Part shown: positions 49,617 to 60,920 of the stretch, one piece after another
Position numbering within the stretch: position 1 is the first letter of the stretch
How the letters are laid out: each line of letters opens with the position of its first letter
From: Candidatus Hydrogenedentota bacterium
GTDB lineage: Bacteria; Hydrogenedentota; Hydrogenedentia; Hydrogenedentales; SLHB01
DNA length: 64,000 nt
Direction: 5' to 3'
Assembly (NCBI GenBank): GCA_963668025.2
Contig: CAXXTH010000014.1
Coordinates: 64,001-128,000 of the forward strand
Notes under the pieces: generated by a model
What the model was told of the DNA's origin: nothing
Database searches by the model: none
The model's input: the letters and a program-made list of their open reading frames with translations, nothing else
Position numbers and translations under genes: made by a program

Positions 49617-50740
49617 GTTTTTACTGTTGTATGGCGTAAATCCGGCCAGCGCTCAAGATATGAACCAGATCGACGATTCCAGGCGATTTGAATTTGGAAC
49701 CTTGCTCAGATTGGACCAGTCAGTTGATGATGCTATCTTGTCCAAAATATTCGATGAATTCCAAGCCGTTGAAAGTGACTCTTTTTCGGATGAGACACAG
49801 AAGTATTCCCTAGATCAATCACGGCTAACGTCCATACTAACCCAGATTCAAGCCTGGAAAACAGGCCGAACAGATAATCGCGTCCCGGCCTGCGTCACAC
49901 GCATCGAAGCCGCGGCCAAGTGGGGCCTGGGAGAATGGAAGGCTGAAACAGCCGCCCAGGATCTTGTCGGCGGGGGGGATGATAAAGATCCCATTTCGAT
50001 GCAATTGGCAGTCACCATTTTGGCCCGCGACAGTCACTTCAAACAGGCTACAGAGATTCTCGCCGCTATACCAGCCGATACGCGGGAATTGACATGGACA
50101 ACTTTTGAACTCAACAAATACTACGCCAAGTATTCTGGAGAACTGTATCCAGAGAACGGAACACCAGATCCAGATGATTTGGCCCGCCGCAAGGAATATC
50201 GAGATTTCGTAAAGGATGTTTATTTGCCTAAAGTGCAGAAGATTCTTGACAGCGTTCAAGATCCTTCTTATCTTGAGCGTTTACAGATTGTAACGGCAAT
50301 AGAAGATATGGCCGATAAAGTCCATCGCCATCTCACTCCCCGGCTTTACTTGGATCTGTCGCAAGAGACCACCGATACGTTGTTGCCTGATATTATTGAA
50401 ACGTGGGAACGATCACTGGATTTGCTCGACGAAAAAGACGAAATGCAGGCTGAGTTGAAGAAGAATCTTACTAAAAAAATAGAGGCTTATCGGAAAAGCA
50501 TCATTCCGCATCTCAAGCAATTGCAACGGGATCAAGTCTACTTTCGGGAATTAAGGGCGATCAAGAGGGATGCCAGAGCAGAACGTCCATCTGTTCTGAC
50601 GGCGCAGTGAGTTTTGTTCTTGCAATCTTATCGGTTGCCGCAGTCGGGTTCGCATGCTTCAAATCAAAAGATGAGTCCTGTCATACGACAGGAAGGGCGT
50701 GGGAGCGGCCCTCTGATGCCCCCCCAAACAACTCACCTGA

Positions 50741-51084
50741 TATGACATCGAGAACGTTCGGGTGTTGAATCGCCAAGGCCTGCAAAACCTCGTGCCGCTG
50801 GCGTTGGCGGTGATGTATTTCACGGCTTGCGTGCTCGATCAAGATTCACGCCTGCGCGTGATGGCTGGTTTTGTGGAAAAGGCCGCCAAACGGCTCTTTG
50901 GCATTCCCGGCTTCAAGCACTACGCCCTTGCCGATGGATTGCGCGCCATTCTCACACGCTGCTCACACGCTGCCCAGGAGCCCCCGTGACGCCTAAACAA
51001 TCTCCCAAACAGTCCCAGATGGCCCTCTTTGCATTCAATTCCTCACGAGACCTCTTCTCTCTGAAAATTTTGGAGGAACTCCTG
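50741..51084 (+). pseudogene. 3' fragment of a DDE (IS4-like) transposase with probable right end
   Basis: YDIENVRV..LQNL..KAAKRLFGIPGFKHYALADG resembles transposase C-termini; upstream TGA and no start; ends AAAATTTTGGAGGAACTCCTG. Confidence 0.55.
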
Positions 51085-51377
51085 GCTATAAATACCATTG
51101 CATTATGTTCTTATATGGGTATATGCTCGTTCTGGACGGAATCGTGTAGTAATAAAATGCACTAATGCTTTGAGGGTCCATATGAACTAATAACACTTGG
51201 GAACAAGGTTTCCAAAGAACGCTATTCAATAGTTAACTTGGTTGGATTGCCACGATATAGCACTGTACGGCCTGGATACTAGACAATGCGTTGGTGTAGG
51301 GACAATTATCGGTGGAGCGTTGAGGGTGGGGAAGTCAAAGACTGCTTTTCTAAACTCATAACACAGGAGTTCGACAC

Positions 51378-54300
51378 ATGCGCGGATGGATCGTGTTCTT
51401 GGGAATCGTGATGGGCTGCACCTCAACCGCTTTCGGAGCGGTGTGGTATGTGGACAAGGACAACACCTCAGGCACAGAGGATGGAACTACCTGGGCTATG
51501 GCTTTCACTACCATCCAGCCCGCGATAGACGCGGCATCCACCGCTGGCGGCGGAGAAGTATGGGTCGCGGAGGGAACCTATAGTGAAGAACGGGTGAGTT
51601 ATCCGCATTCCGAGTATCTCGACATCAACACCGGCTCGATCCTTATGAAGGAAAACGTGCATCTGTATGGTGGATTCGATGGAAATGAGACCGAACTCAG
51701 TCAACGAAATTGGAAGACTCATGAGACCATTTTGGATGGTTCGACTGCCCGCGAGGGCTCGAACGCTTACCATGTGGTAGTAGGCGCGAATAACTCAACG
51801 CTCGATGGTTTCGTAGTTTCAGGAGGAAAAACCCCTGAATATCTTGAAGGTAGTGAGGACAGTAGACAGTCTGGCGGTGGCATGAACAATTGCTATGCTT
51901 CGGCGGTTGCCGTGACGAACTGCACGTTCAAAGGCAACACAGCAAGATATTACGGCGGTGGGATGTATTACGGAACAGCTACGAACTGCACGTTCACGGA
52001 CAACTCAGCGAACAACCTTGGCGGCGGGCTGTATTGGGGAACGGCAATGAATTGCACGTTCACTGGGAATTCGGCTGACAACGGTGGCGGGATGATGCAC
52101 GGCACGGCCACGAACTGCATATTCACGGGCAACTCAGCATATTATAGTGGCGGCGGGATCTATTTGGGAACAGCGATGAACTGTACGTTCACCGGCAACT
52201 CGGCGTCAAACGGCGGCGGGATGTGCGAAGGGACTGCAACGAACTGCATTTTCTGGACCGACTCTTCGCCTGAACTAAAAAATACTACGGTGGCTTATTC
52301 TTGCATAATGGGCGGGTATGAAGGCGAGGGAAACACGGACCAAGATCCACAGTTTGAGGATGCGGATAATGGCTTATTTTTATTACTTCCAAATTCGCCC
52401 TGCGTTGATACTGGAACCAGCCCAGGATCTCCTACTTCGGACATTCGGGGCATCGTACGGCCACAAGGTTCCGGTGTGGACATGGGAGCGTATGAATACT
52501 TTGAAGACGGCGATGGCCTGCCTTATGTGTATGAGATAAGCCAGGGTTGTGACCCGTATGTGGCGGATGCAGCGCTCTGGGCGCGACTCACGTATCCTTC
52601 CGCGGGGGCTACATTTCAAACAGCTCCTTTGATGTTGAAGGGCATACGCTCAAGCCAATATGTAAATGAGATATTGCTGAGTTTTGATGGCGGAGCCACA
52701 TTTACCGAAACAGCAGCATTGAATGGCCTGGAATGGACGTATGATTGGACGCCTCCACAGGAAGATACTTATGACATTATTGTGAGGGCTTCAAATATTT
52801 TCGGCGGTTTTGTAGATTCCGAGAAGGTAAGAATACATTATTGGCCAAATATGCCTTGCGCAGTTATTGCTTCACCTGTTTCGGGCATGCACATACAAGG
52901 AACAATAAGCATTGAAGGCTCTGCACTGAGCGGACAACTTGGATTTGTCAATTATGCTATTTCATATGGGCCAGGAAGCGATCCAACGGCCATAGAAAGC
53001 TGGACAGAACTGCTCGCCTCTACATTGCCTGTGGATAACGGCGTGCTGTTTTCGGATTGGGATGTCTCGGAGCTTCCGGCTGGGCCGTATGTGGTGAAAC
53101 TGTCAGTGACGGATGGAGTAGGCTTCGACACCGTTGAGACATGGATATCAATCGAAGTGAATCACGACACCACCACGGTAAATATACCCTCTTTGCTGTC
53201 CATAGAAGGAGGTTTGTTGGCTACGGCGGTAGCGCCGGGAGGTGAAGTAAATGTCATCGGTATGTCTGAACCCGGTATGGAGTGTGCGAGCGCGAAGGTG
53301 ACGGATGGCTCAGGCAAAGCTATATTGGCTGATGTGACGGACTACATCACGATTCACGGAAGCGGCAGCATTCGTGGAATGTTCACGCTGCCCACTCCAC
53401 TGGATGCCGGCCAAGTGATACTCGAAATGCAGATAAAGGACGCTGTAGGTAACCTATCGAATACGGTGCAATCGAATGCATTGCTGGTAGATAACTCGGC
53501 GCCGCAGGTAACAATTGTATTCCCCAAAACCGATGCGACCCTTCCCGCTGATTCCATCTTGGTGTCTGGCATAGCCACGGATATCGGTGCGGCTAGCGTG
53601 GCGAAAGTAGAGTTCAGCACGGACGGCGGGGAAACCTGGCTGGAAGCCACAGGCACGGAGATGTGGGCATATGGCTGGACACCGGACACGGAAGGTCCTT
53701 ATACGCTCACGGTGCGCGCCACGGATGCTGTGGGGAACACGGGTAGCGCTTCGGTGAGCGTAACCATTAATAGTGCATTTCCCTCGGCGTATATCACGAG
53801 TCCTTTCCAAGGTAAAACAGTCCTCGAGGGTGAGACGCTAGACATCATCGGAACGGCAAACGACGCCACGAATTTCTCGCGGTATAAGCTTCAATGGGCG
53901 CTAGGCGTGTCGCCCACGACGGGCTGGGCAGATATCACGGAGATGACATACACCCCGGTTCAGGACGCTTTGCTGGGCCAGTGGAACACCACGGACCGCG
54001 TTGAAGGGATACACACGATCCGGCTCATCGTGGCGGATGAAAGCAGCAATATAATGCTCTTCGAGATGCAAGTACTCATCCGCGCGCGGATGAGTATCGC
54101 GGGCTTGCCGGATGTGTCTACAGCAGAAGATACAGCGAAAGAGAATGTTATGCATCTGCCGGATTATGCGGCGGCGCTGGGGCAGGATGCGGAGGCGCTC
54201 ACATACAGCATCGTAGGTAATACGCATCCAGAATGTGGCGTTGTGATCAATGAAGGGAAGAACATCGACATTCACCCTGATGCCAATTGGTTTGGAACGA

Positions 54301-55206
54301 GTGCGGTGACCATCCAGGTGACGGATGGAACGCTGACGGACACAGATATGTTCCAGGTGACTGTCATCTCCGTGAACGATGCGCCTGAAGTGCGGGATGG
54401 GCAAATCGGCATGGAGGCGGATAAAGGTGGCGTATCCTTGACTTTGAATTACACCTATTACGATGTGGAAGAAGATCCCTTCACAGCGGCGGAAATCCGC
54501 TGGAAGAAAAACGGAGTGGCTCAATTACAATACAACAATCAACGGACAATACCATCTTCGGCGACTACGCGCGGCGAAGAGTGGTTGTGCGAAGTACGCA
54601 TATATGATGGATTCACATGGAGCGCATGGACGCAGATCGGGCCGGTGGCGATTCCCAACACGCCGCCCACGACCACAGCGGACGGGGTAATGTTGACGCC
54701 CGAACCGGCAACGATCTGGGACACCCCTTACTGCTACCTACGCATATTACGATCTGAATGGCGATGAGAAGGCTGGTGAAGAAGTGCGCTGGAAACATAA
54801 CGACGCGCTGGCGTCCGCATATGACGGCATGAATCCACTGCCGAACGAGGCCGTAGCACAGGGCGGCAACTGGATCTGTGAAGTTCGATTCTATGATGGT
54901 ATCGATTGGGGCGCCTGGGTGGCCAGCCAGACGGTGACCGTTCCGCTCGATTCCGACGGCGATGGCATCCCAGATAGTATCGAAGGAACAGGAGATGCCG
55001 ATGGCGATGGCACTCCCAACTACCTCGACCTCGACAGTGACGATGATGGCATCCCGGACGCCGTGGAATGGACATTCGGCAGCGATCCTTACGATCCTGA
55101 GAGCCAGCCTCCATTGCCGATGACATGGTGGCCACTAGCCATCACTGTAGGTTTGTTGGGTATTGCGACATTAACCTTGAGGTATCGTGTGAGAAGACGC
55201 TTATAA
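51378..55206 (+). pseudogene. Large surface protein (beta-helix, Ig-like, cadherin-like and Ca-binding repeats, C-terminal anchor) with a +1 frameshift near 54725
   Basis: Signal peptide; WYVD..GTTWA.AFTTIQ, WVAEGTY; GGGM..NCTFTGNSA repeats; DMGAYE; Ig-like FSTDGG.TW; ORF 54784-55206 (DSDGDGIPD repeats plus anchor) joins in frame if one C of CCCC 54724-27 is removed. Confidence 0.85.
51918..52253 (+). repeat. Tandem 60-63 nt coding repeats (beta-helix rungs)
   Basis: Five to six units of NC(T/I)FxxNxAxx(x)GGG(M/L/I)xxGTA(T/M). Confidence 0.85.
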
Positions 55207-55563
55207 GCGATTAAGAATATCTGGCGTGAATATTCGTACTTGAGAGCACCGAGTTCTCATGGTAGAAGACCCTGTTCTTTCATAGGTTTGCGAGTGCGCC
55301 ACCAATTAAACAGTGGTGGAAATCTTGTAAATCCATTGGAAAAGGACATCTTCTTCTGTCAATGTCTTCTTTTCGGCTATTTTGCGCATCGGAGTCGCCA
55401 GAGAACTCGGCACTCTCAAGGTAGTTGCATTGAACGCCGGATAGAACATACACTTAGTTCTCAATACCCTTTTATGGTTGTTGTGGCTCCCGCCCTGTCT
55501 TGAATGACGCCACGAGCGGCTGGCCGTAATGAAGTATAGTGGATTTTCGCGGAAGGGAAGTGT

Positions 55564-58500
55564 ATGCACAGGCTCTGGGAACCCGTTATCCAGTACCTAT
55601 TTGCACGTTGGAAGCCGAAAAACATCGTTCTCATGGAAAAAAGCAATGGAGCGCTTGCCCAATTGCTGGGAGATTTCTCCGCCGAACAACACGCGGTCCT
55701 TCATGTGCTGAATGCCAGTCCGGCTTGGGATGTGGCGGAATGGAAAAAGAAATATGGTGAGACCGTCCGCGTGTATCGGAACACATGGACAGACGCGCTG
55801 CCTCAACTAGAGCATATCGACACGGCCATTCTGGATGGCGATCCGAACTGGTATACGGCGTATCATGCCTTACAAGGGCTCCGGCAGTCAGCGGATATAC
55901 ATAAAGAGCCTTTCCCTCTAGTCATGGTTCATTATACCGGATGGCCTTATGCCCGCCGTGATGCATATCCCCGGCTGGACTCCGTGCCTAATAAATACCG
56001 ACATCCCAACGAGTTAGGCGGGATTGTGCGGGGTGCTGGCCTTCCACAAAAAAATGAAGGCTTAAATACCGCATGGCGGCATGCGGTCGTGGAAGGCGGC
56101 GAGCGTAATGGCGTATTGACCGCCATTGAAGATTTCATCAAGGCTTGCCCGCAAGAGATTAGTTTTCAATCCTTGCCCGTGTTGATGGGGGTAGGCGTGC
56201 TGTGCGCGGTGAAACACCGTAAAACGAACAAGGGATTGGATAACCATCTGCGCAATATCGCCGCGAATCTCCCCATGGCCAGCATATTATCAGCAGTAGA
56301 GCAAGATCGTGTTTCGCGCATGCTCGTCGGCGCTGCGGAAGCCCTATCCCAAGCTCCTGATACGCCCACAGGCCAGGAAGCGGAATATATGGCGCAGCAG
56401 GAAGCTGAGTTGGCATCCGCCCGCCAGGCATTGCAGGATGCTCACACTCAGTTGGCAAACGCCCAGGAAGAATTGGCGGCGGCGTTCGGGCAGGAGACTG
56501 AAACAAAAGCGGAATGCGAACGTCTGAAGGCGGCCGTAGCTGCCGCGGAGGCCAAAGCTGCCGCAGCCGTCCAAGCGCAGGAAAAACCGCCCGTCAAAAT
56601 TGCCGAATCCAAGCCCGCGAATGCGGAAGAACTGGCTTGGCTGAAAACTGATCTGAAGACAGCCCAACAGCGCTACGATGATGAATGCGCGGAATCCAAA
56701 CGCCTGGAAAACCAGCTTCAGGCGCTCTACGGGTTAGTTCATTCGGCGGATGCGCGGCGGAAGGAAGCCGAAGAACGCCAGCGCACCGCACAGCAACAGA
56801 AAAACGCCGCCGAGCAGGAACTCAGCCAAACCCGCACCACCCTGGAGCAGGCGAATGCAGAGCTTCATGGATACGCCGAGGCGCTCGAAAACGCCACCCG
56901 TGAGCTCGAGGCCATCCCTGCGCTACAGACTCAAGCCGAGGAATTGCGCACGGAAATCATGCGTTTGGACGGCCAGATCGAAGCGAAATCAAAAGAGCTC
57001 GAAGCCGCCGATGAACGGGAACAGCAGTATCTGCTGTGGCAGCGAAACTTGCTCATTGCTGTGCTGCTGGAGCAACGCGAACAAAAATCGCGCCATGTGC
57101 GCCAAATGCTGCGCCTCGTCGAAGCACAGTTTCAAGAATCCAAAGGTTTTCTGCATTCCTTGCGCTGGCGCATAGGCGACCGCTGTGTGCGCCTGATTGA
57201 GCTGGCGATGCTTAAAGGCAATAGCTCTAAATCCTCCGCTGCCCTCCAAAACGGCATAAAGCGGTACGAGGCATGGAAAAACACCTACGCGGAACGGGAA
57301 AAACAGCGCACGCCCCGCTCAGCGTATGAGCAGCATCAGGAATATTCGTCGGCGGAAGAGATGGACAAGGCCTTGCACGATAAAGATGAACTCATCGCCA
57401 AGATCCGCGACGAGATCATGGAGCGCGAGGAATCCATCGCGTATCTGATTAACGCTTTCGGCGAGACCAGCAAATTGCTTGGCAATCTGCGCCGGTCCAC
57501 GCGCTGGCGCGCAGGCCTCCTGATCATGGGGCTCATAGAAACCTTCACGCCCCGCCGCCGCGTGCCGGGCTGCGTCGCGCGCATGGAGGACTTGCAGCGC
57601 CATTATGAGCACTGGACCATGGTGTACAAGCCGCTGGCTTTGGACGAACGGGCTGAGCTGCCTCCCCCGCACGCCCGCCATACGCCCTCGGCTCCGCTTG
57701 AACCGGCCCAGCCGGTGGCCATGCCGGAGATAGATGCGAATGTGATGGCCTGGCTTGAACGTGGCGTGTCTCCTCCACGCATCTACCCGAAAGCGCCGCT
57801 TTTAGACATAAAAGCGCCTCGCTGCCGTGATGCCGCCGCATATCGCGTTCGCCTGACCCAATTCACTCCGGCAAAAACACGCAATCCGTTTTATGCGGGC
57901 ATCCCCGAGACGCTGAAGAGCTGGGGCTGGAAATGCGAATACACCACCGACTGGAATGACCTGGCCGTAAAAGCAAAGTCGCGCCATTTCGCACGCGAGA
58001 TCATTCATTTCCATCAGCTTGATCCGCTGTACCATTCCAAGACCGGCGATCTGGAAGAGACCCGCCGTAATGCGTCAACGCTTATCGGCCATCTCAAGTC
58101 GCTGAAAGACGCCGGAGCTGTGCTGGTCTGGACGAAGCACAACCCCTACCCCCATAACCGGCGGTATTTTGATATCGACCAGGCGCTCATCCGTGAAGCG
58201 GCGGGGCTGATGGACCGCATCGTGGTCCTCGGCAGCTATTGCCGCAACATGATGAAGGAATATGCTGACCCACAAAAAATCATCGTTTTGCCTCATCAAA
58301 GCTATGATGGATTTTATGGCCCGCGTGTCAGCCGGGAAACCGCGAGGGAACGCTTGGGGCTGGATCCGGAACGGTTCATTTTCGGCAATCTGGGCGAAAT
58401 CCGGCCGTATAAAGGCCTAGAAACACTAATAGAAGCCACGCAGCGCCTCGCCGGAGAATCTCCAAATGGCAAAGCGCCGATGCTGCTCATTTCCGGCAAA

Positions 58501-58917
58501 CCAGGCCCGCCTGATTATGTCGAGCGAATCAAGTCCGCCGCTTCCGAGCATGTCGTCGTGCATGCGCAAGAGATCGCCGATGCCGATATGCCCGTATGGC
58601 TGGGGGCCATGGACGCCGCTGTTTTCGCATTCAAGGACATCTGGATGTCTGGCTCCCTGATCCTGGCCATGTCGTATGGCGTTCCGCCCCTTGTCCCGAA
58701 TATCGGCGCTTTGAGCGAATATGTACATGATGAAGACACAGGATTCCAATACCGGCATGAAGATACGGAGCACCTTGTAGAGCGCATGTCAGCGATGCAG
58801 CATTCTCCGCTGCTCGAACATATGCGTTATATGTGCGGCGTGTTCGCGAAAAAGAACACTATCCAGCAGGTAGCACGCACGTATGCGGACCTATATCTTG
58901 GCGCCGCAGGCATCTAG
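55564..58917 (+). CDS. Multidomain glycan-synthesis protein: degenerate methyltransferase-like domain, long coiled coil, GT4 glycosyltransferase
   Basis: N-terminal ILDGDPNWYT..WPYARRDAY..NGVLTAIEDF; about 250-aa heptad region; C-terminal LVWTKHN, GEIRPYKGLE, SGSLILAMSYGVP. Confidence 0.85.
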   Translation: MHRLWEPVIQYLFARWKPKNIVLMEKSNGALAQLLGDFSAEQHAVLHVLNASPAWDVAEWKKKYGETVRVYRNTWTDALPQLEHIDTAILDGDPNWYTAYHALQGLRQSADIHKEPFPLVMVHYTGWPYARRDAYPRLDSVPNKYRHPNELGGIVRGAGLPQKNEGLNTAWRHAVVEGGERNGVLTAIEDFIKACPQEISFQSLPVLMGVGVLCAVKHRKTNKGLDNHLRNIAANLPMASILSAVEQDRVSRMLVGAAEALSQAPDTPTGQEAEYMAQQEAELASARQALQDAHTQLANAQEELAAAFGQETETKAECERLKAAVAAAEAKAAAAVQAQEKPPVKIAESKPANAEELAWLKTDLKTAQQRYDDECAESKRLENQLQALYGLVHSADARRKEAEERQRTAQQQKNAAEQELSQTRTTLEQANAELHGYAEALENATRELEAIPALQTQAEELRTEIMRLDGQIEAKSKELEAADEREQQYLLWQRNLLIAVLLEQREQKSRHVRQMLRLVEAQFQESKGFLHSLRWRIGDRCVRLIELAMLKGNSSKSSAALQNGIKRYEAWKNTYAEREKQRTPRSAYEQHQEYSSAEEMDKALHDKDELIAKIRDEIMEREESIAYLINAFGETSKLLGNLRRSTRWRAGLLIMGLIETFTPRRRVPGCVARMEDLQRHYEHWTMVYKPLALDERAELPPPHARHTPSAPLEPAQPVAMPEIDANVMAWLERGVSPPRIYPKAPLLDIKAPRCRDAAAYRVRLTQFTPAKTRNPFYAGIPETLKSWGWKCEYTTDWNDLAVKAKSRHFAREIIHFHQLDPLYHSKTGDLEETRRNASTLIGHLKSLKDAGAVLVWTKHNPYPHNRRYFDIDQALIREAAGLMDRIVVLGSYCRNMMKEYADPQKIIVLPHQSYDGFYGPRVSRETARERLGLDPERFIFGNLGEIRPYKGLETLIEATQRLAGESPNGKAPMLLISGKPGPPDYVERIKSAASEHVVVHAQEIADADMPVWLGAMDAAVFAFKDIWMSGSLILAMSYGVPPLVPNIGALSEYVHDEDTGFQYRHEDTEHLVERMSAMQHSPLLEHMRYMCGVFAKKNTIQQVARTYADLYLGAAGI

Positions 58918-58955
58918 GCGGTAGCTCATCCGCCTTCGGAGCAAGGAGATAGCTC

Positions 58956-59903
58956 ATGAAAAAAATACTGATTACCGGCGGTGCGGGGTTTATCGGCTCG
59001 AGCCTGGCCGACCGCCTCCTGGCGCGAGGCGATGCGGTCACGGCGCTAGATAATTTCAATACCTATTATGACCCGGCGGTAAAGCGCGCTAACATCACAC
59101 AAGCGCTCGAACAGAGCGCATATGCGCTCATCGAAGGCGACATCTGCGACGAGGAAACCGTCCAAACGGCGTTTCGGACGGCGGAGCCCGAGGTGGTGGT
59201 GCATTTGGCGGCCCGGGCGGGCGTACGGCCTTCTCTGCAAGATCCCAATTTATACCATCGCGTGAATGTCATCGGTTCGCAGCATATTCTCGATGCATGC
59301 CGGGCCTATAAGCCCACGCATCTCGTGTTCGCTTCGAGTTCTTCCGTGTATGGGGGCATTACAGAGACGCCCTTCCATGAGCGCATGGACATCTCGCGTC
59401 CTATCAGCCCATATGCCGCCACCAAGCGCATGAATGAATTGATGGGCCATGTATACAGCCATATTTATGGCCTTCACATCACCATGCTGCGCTTTTTCAC
59501 GGTCTATGGCCCCCGACAGCGGCCTGACATGGCTATTCATAAATTCATCAAACTCATCAGCAAGGGCGAGCCTATCCCCATGTTTGGCGACGGCTCGACC
59601 CAGCGCGATTACACGTATATTGATGACATCATTGACGGCTTGGTGAAAGCGGTGGATACGCCGTTACCCTATGAAATTTTCAATTTGGGCGAAAATCACA
59701 CCACAAGCCTGCGGGATTTAATCGAATTGGTGGCCAAAGCCGTAGGACGCGAACCGGCCATCCAACAGCTTCCATTGCAGCCGGGCGACGTGAGTATCAC
59801 GTATGCGGACATTACCAAAGCCAAGGAAATGCTGGGATATGCGCCGCGCTTCAGCATGGAGGAGGGCATTCGCCGGGCGGTGTCGTGGTATCGGGGCGAG
59901 TAA
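58956..59903 (+). CDS. NAD-dependent epimerase, UDP-glucuronate 4-epimerase-like
   Basis: TGGAGFIG, HLAARAGVR, ASSSSVYG, PISPYAATK, LRFFTVYGPRQRPDMA. Confidence 0.92.
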   Translation: MKKILITGGAGFIGSSLADRLLARGDAVTALDNFNTYYDPAVKRANITQALEQSAYALIEGDICDEETVQTAFRTAEPEVVVHLAARAGVRPSLQDPNLYHRVNVIGSQHILDACRAYKPTHLVFASSSSVYGGITETPFHERMDISRPISPYAATKRMNELMGHVYSHIYGLHITMLRFFTVYGPRQRPDMAIHKFIKLISKGEPIPMFGDGSTQRDYTYIDDIIDGLVKAVDTPLPYEIFNLGENHTTSLRDLIELVAKAVGREPAIQQLPLQPGDVSITYADITKAKEMLGYAPRFSMEEGIRRAVSWYRGE

Positions 59904-59960
59904 AATTTCCTATAAGCAGGCAGCGGCAATACAGCGCAACAAACAAGGAATCCTTCAGAC

Positions 59961-60911
59961 ATGGCGCATTATCTCGTGACAGGCGGAGCGGGCTTCATTG
60001 GTTCAAGTATAGCGGACTTTTTGGCGGCCCAAGGCGAATCTGTACGAGTCTTGGACAATCTGTCGACCGGATACGCTAAAAACCTGGCTCACCTGGAAAG
60101 GCGCATCGAGTTCATAAACGGCGACATTCGTGATCCGGAAGCTTGTTCGCACGCGGTGTGCGGCGTGGATTATGTGCTCCACCAGGCGGCTGTCCCGTCC
60201 GTGCCCCGTTCCGTGGCCGACCCCGTCCTCAGCCATGAATCCGGCACGACCGGCACGCTGAACATGCTGCTCGCCGCACGGGACGCCAAAGTGAAGCGCT
60301 TTGTCTTCGCCGGTTCAAGTTCGGTGTATGGCGATCAGCCGGGTGAGTTCAAACATGAAGAGATTATGCTAAGCCCATTGTCGCCGTATGCCGCCACCAA
60401 AGCCGCGGGCGAGCATTACCTGCAAGCCTTCAGCACCTGCTTCGGCATGGAAACCGTCACATTGCGGTATTTCAATGTTTTTGGACCGCGCCAAGATCCC
60501 GACTCCCCCTATAGCGCTGTGATCCCGATTTTTATCCGATTGATTCTGCGGGAAAAATCGCCCGTTATTTATGGCGATGGGTTGCAGGCGCGAGACTTCA
60601 CGTTCGTGGAAAATAATGTCCGGGCGAATATACTGGCCGCCACGGGCGATTTTGAAGCGAAAGGCCAAGTGTACAACATCGCCGCAGGCGAATCGTATAC
60701 GCTGCTGGACCTCGTAGCCGAGATCAATTCGCTGCTCGGTAAAAACGTGGAGCCGGTGTTTGAACCGGCCCGCGTAGGCGATATCCGGCTATCGAAAGCG
60801 GACATTTCCCGCGCGCGCGCCGATCTGCGATACCAAGTGTTCGTGCCGTTCCGCGAAGGCATCCGCCGCACCATCGAGTGGTACGCCGCCCAAGAAGCCT
60901 CGCGCATATAG
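59961..60911 (+). CDS. NAD-dependent epimerase, UDP-GlcNAc(A) 4-epimerase (WbpP-like)
   Basis: TGGAGFIG, LHQAAVPSVPRS, PLSPYAATK, LRYFNVFGPRQDP.SPYSAVIP. Confidence 0.92.
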   Translation: MAHYLVTGGAGFIGSSIADFLAAQGESVRVLDNLSTGYAKNLAHLERRIEFINGDIRDPEACSHAVCGVDYVLHQAAVPSVPRSVADPVLSHESGTTGTLNMLLAARDAKVKRFVFAGSSSVYGDQPGEFKHEEIMLSPLSPYAATKAAGEHYLQAFSTCFGMETVTLRYFNVFGPRQDPDSPYSAVIPIFIRLILREKSPVIYGDGLQARDFTFVENNVRANILAATGDFEAKGQVYNIAAGESYTLLDLVAEINSLLGKNVEPVFEPARVGDIRLSKADISRARADLRYQVFVPFREGIRRTIEWYAAQEASRI

Positions 60912-60920
60912 CGGAAAATC

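Larger units (their letters stand above)
48207..50610 (+). pseudogene. Secreted hypothetical protein (about 340 aa) interrupted in its signal peptide by ISKra4
   Basis: Removing the IS and one GTTTTTAC copy restores GGAGG..ATG MIKSGLLPFLLFLLLYGVNPASA-QDMNQIDD... in a single frame to TGA 50610. Confidence 0.88.

Noticed and set aside
51918-52253. CRISPR array or DGR variable/template repeat
   Set aside because: The repeats are in-frame protein repeats without unique spacers or adenine-specific differences, and no intact RT or cas gene is present.
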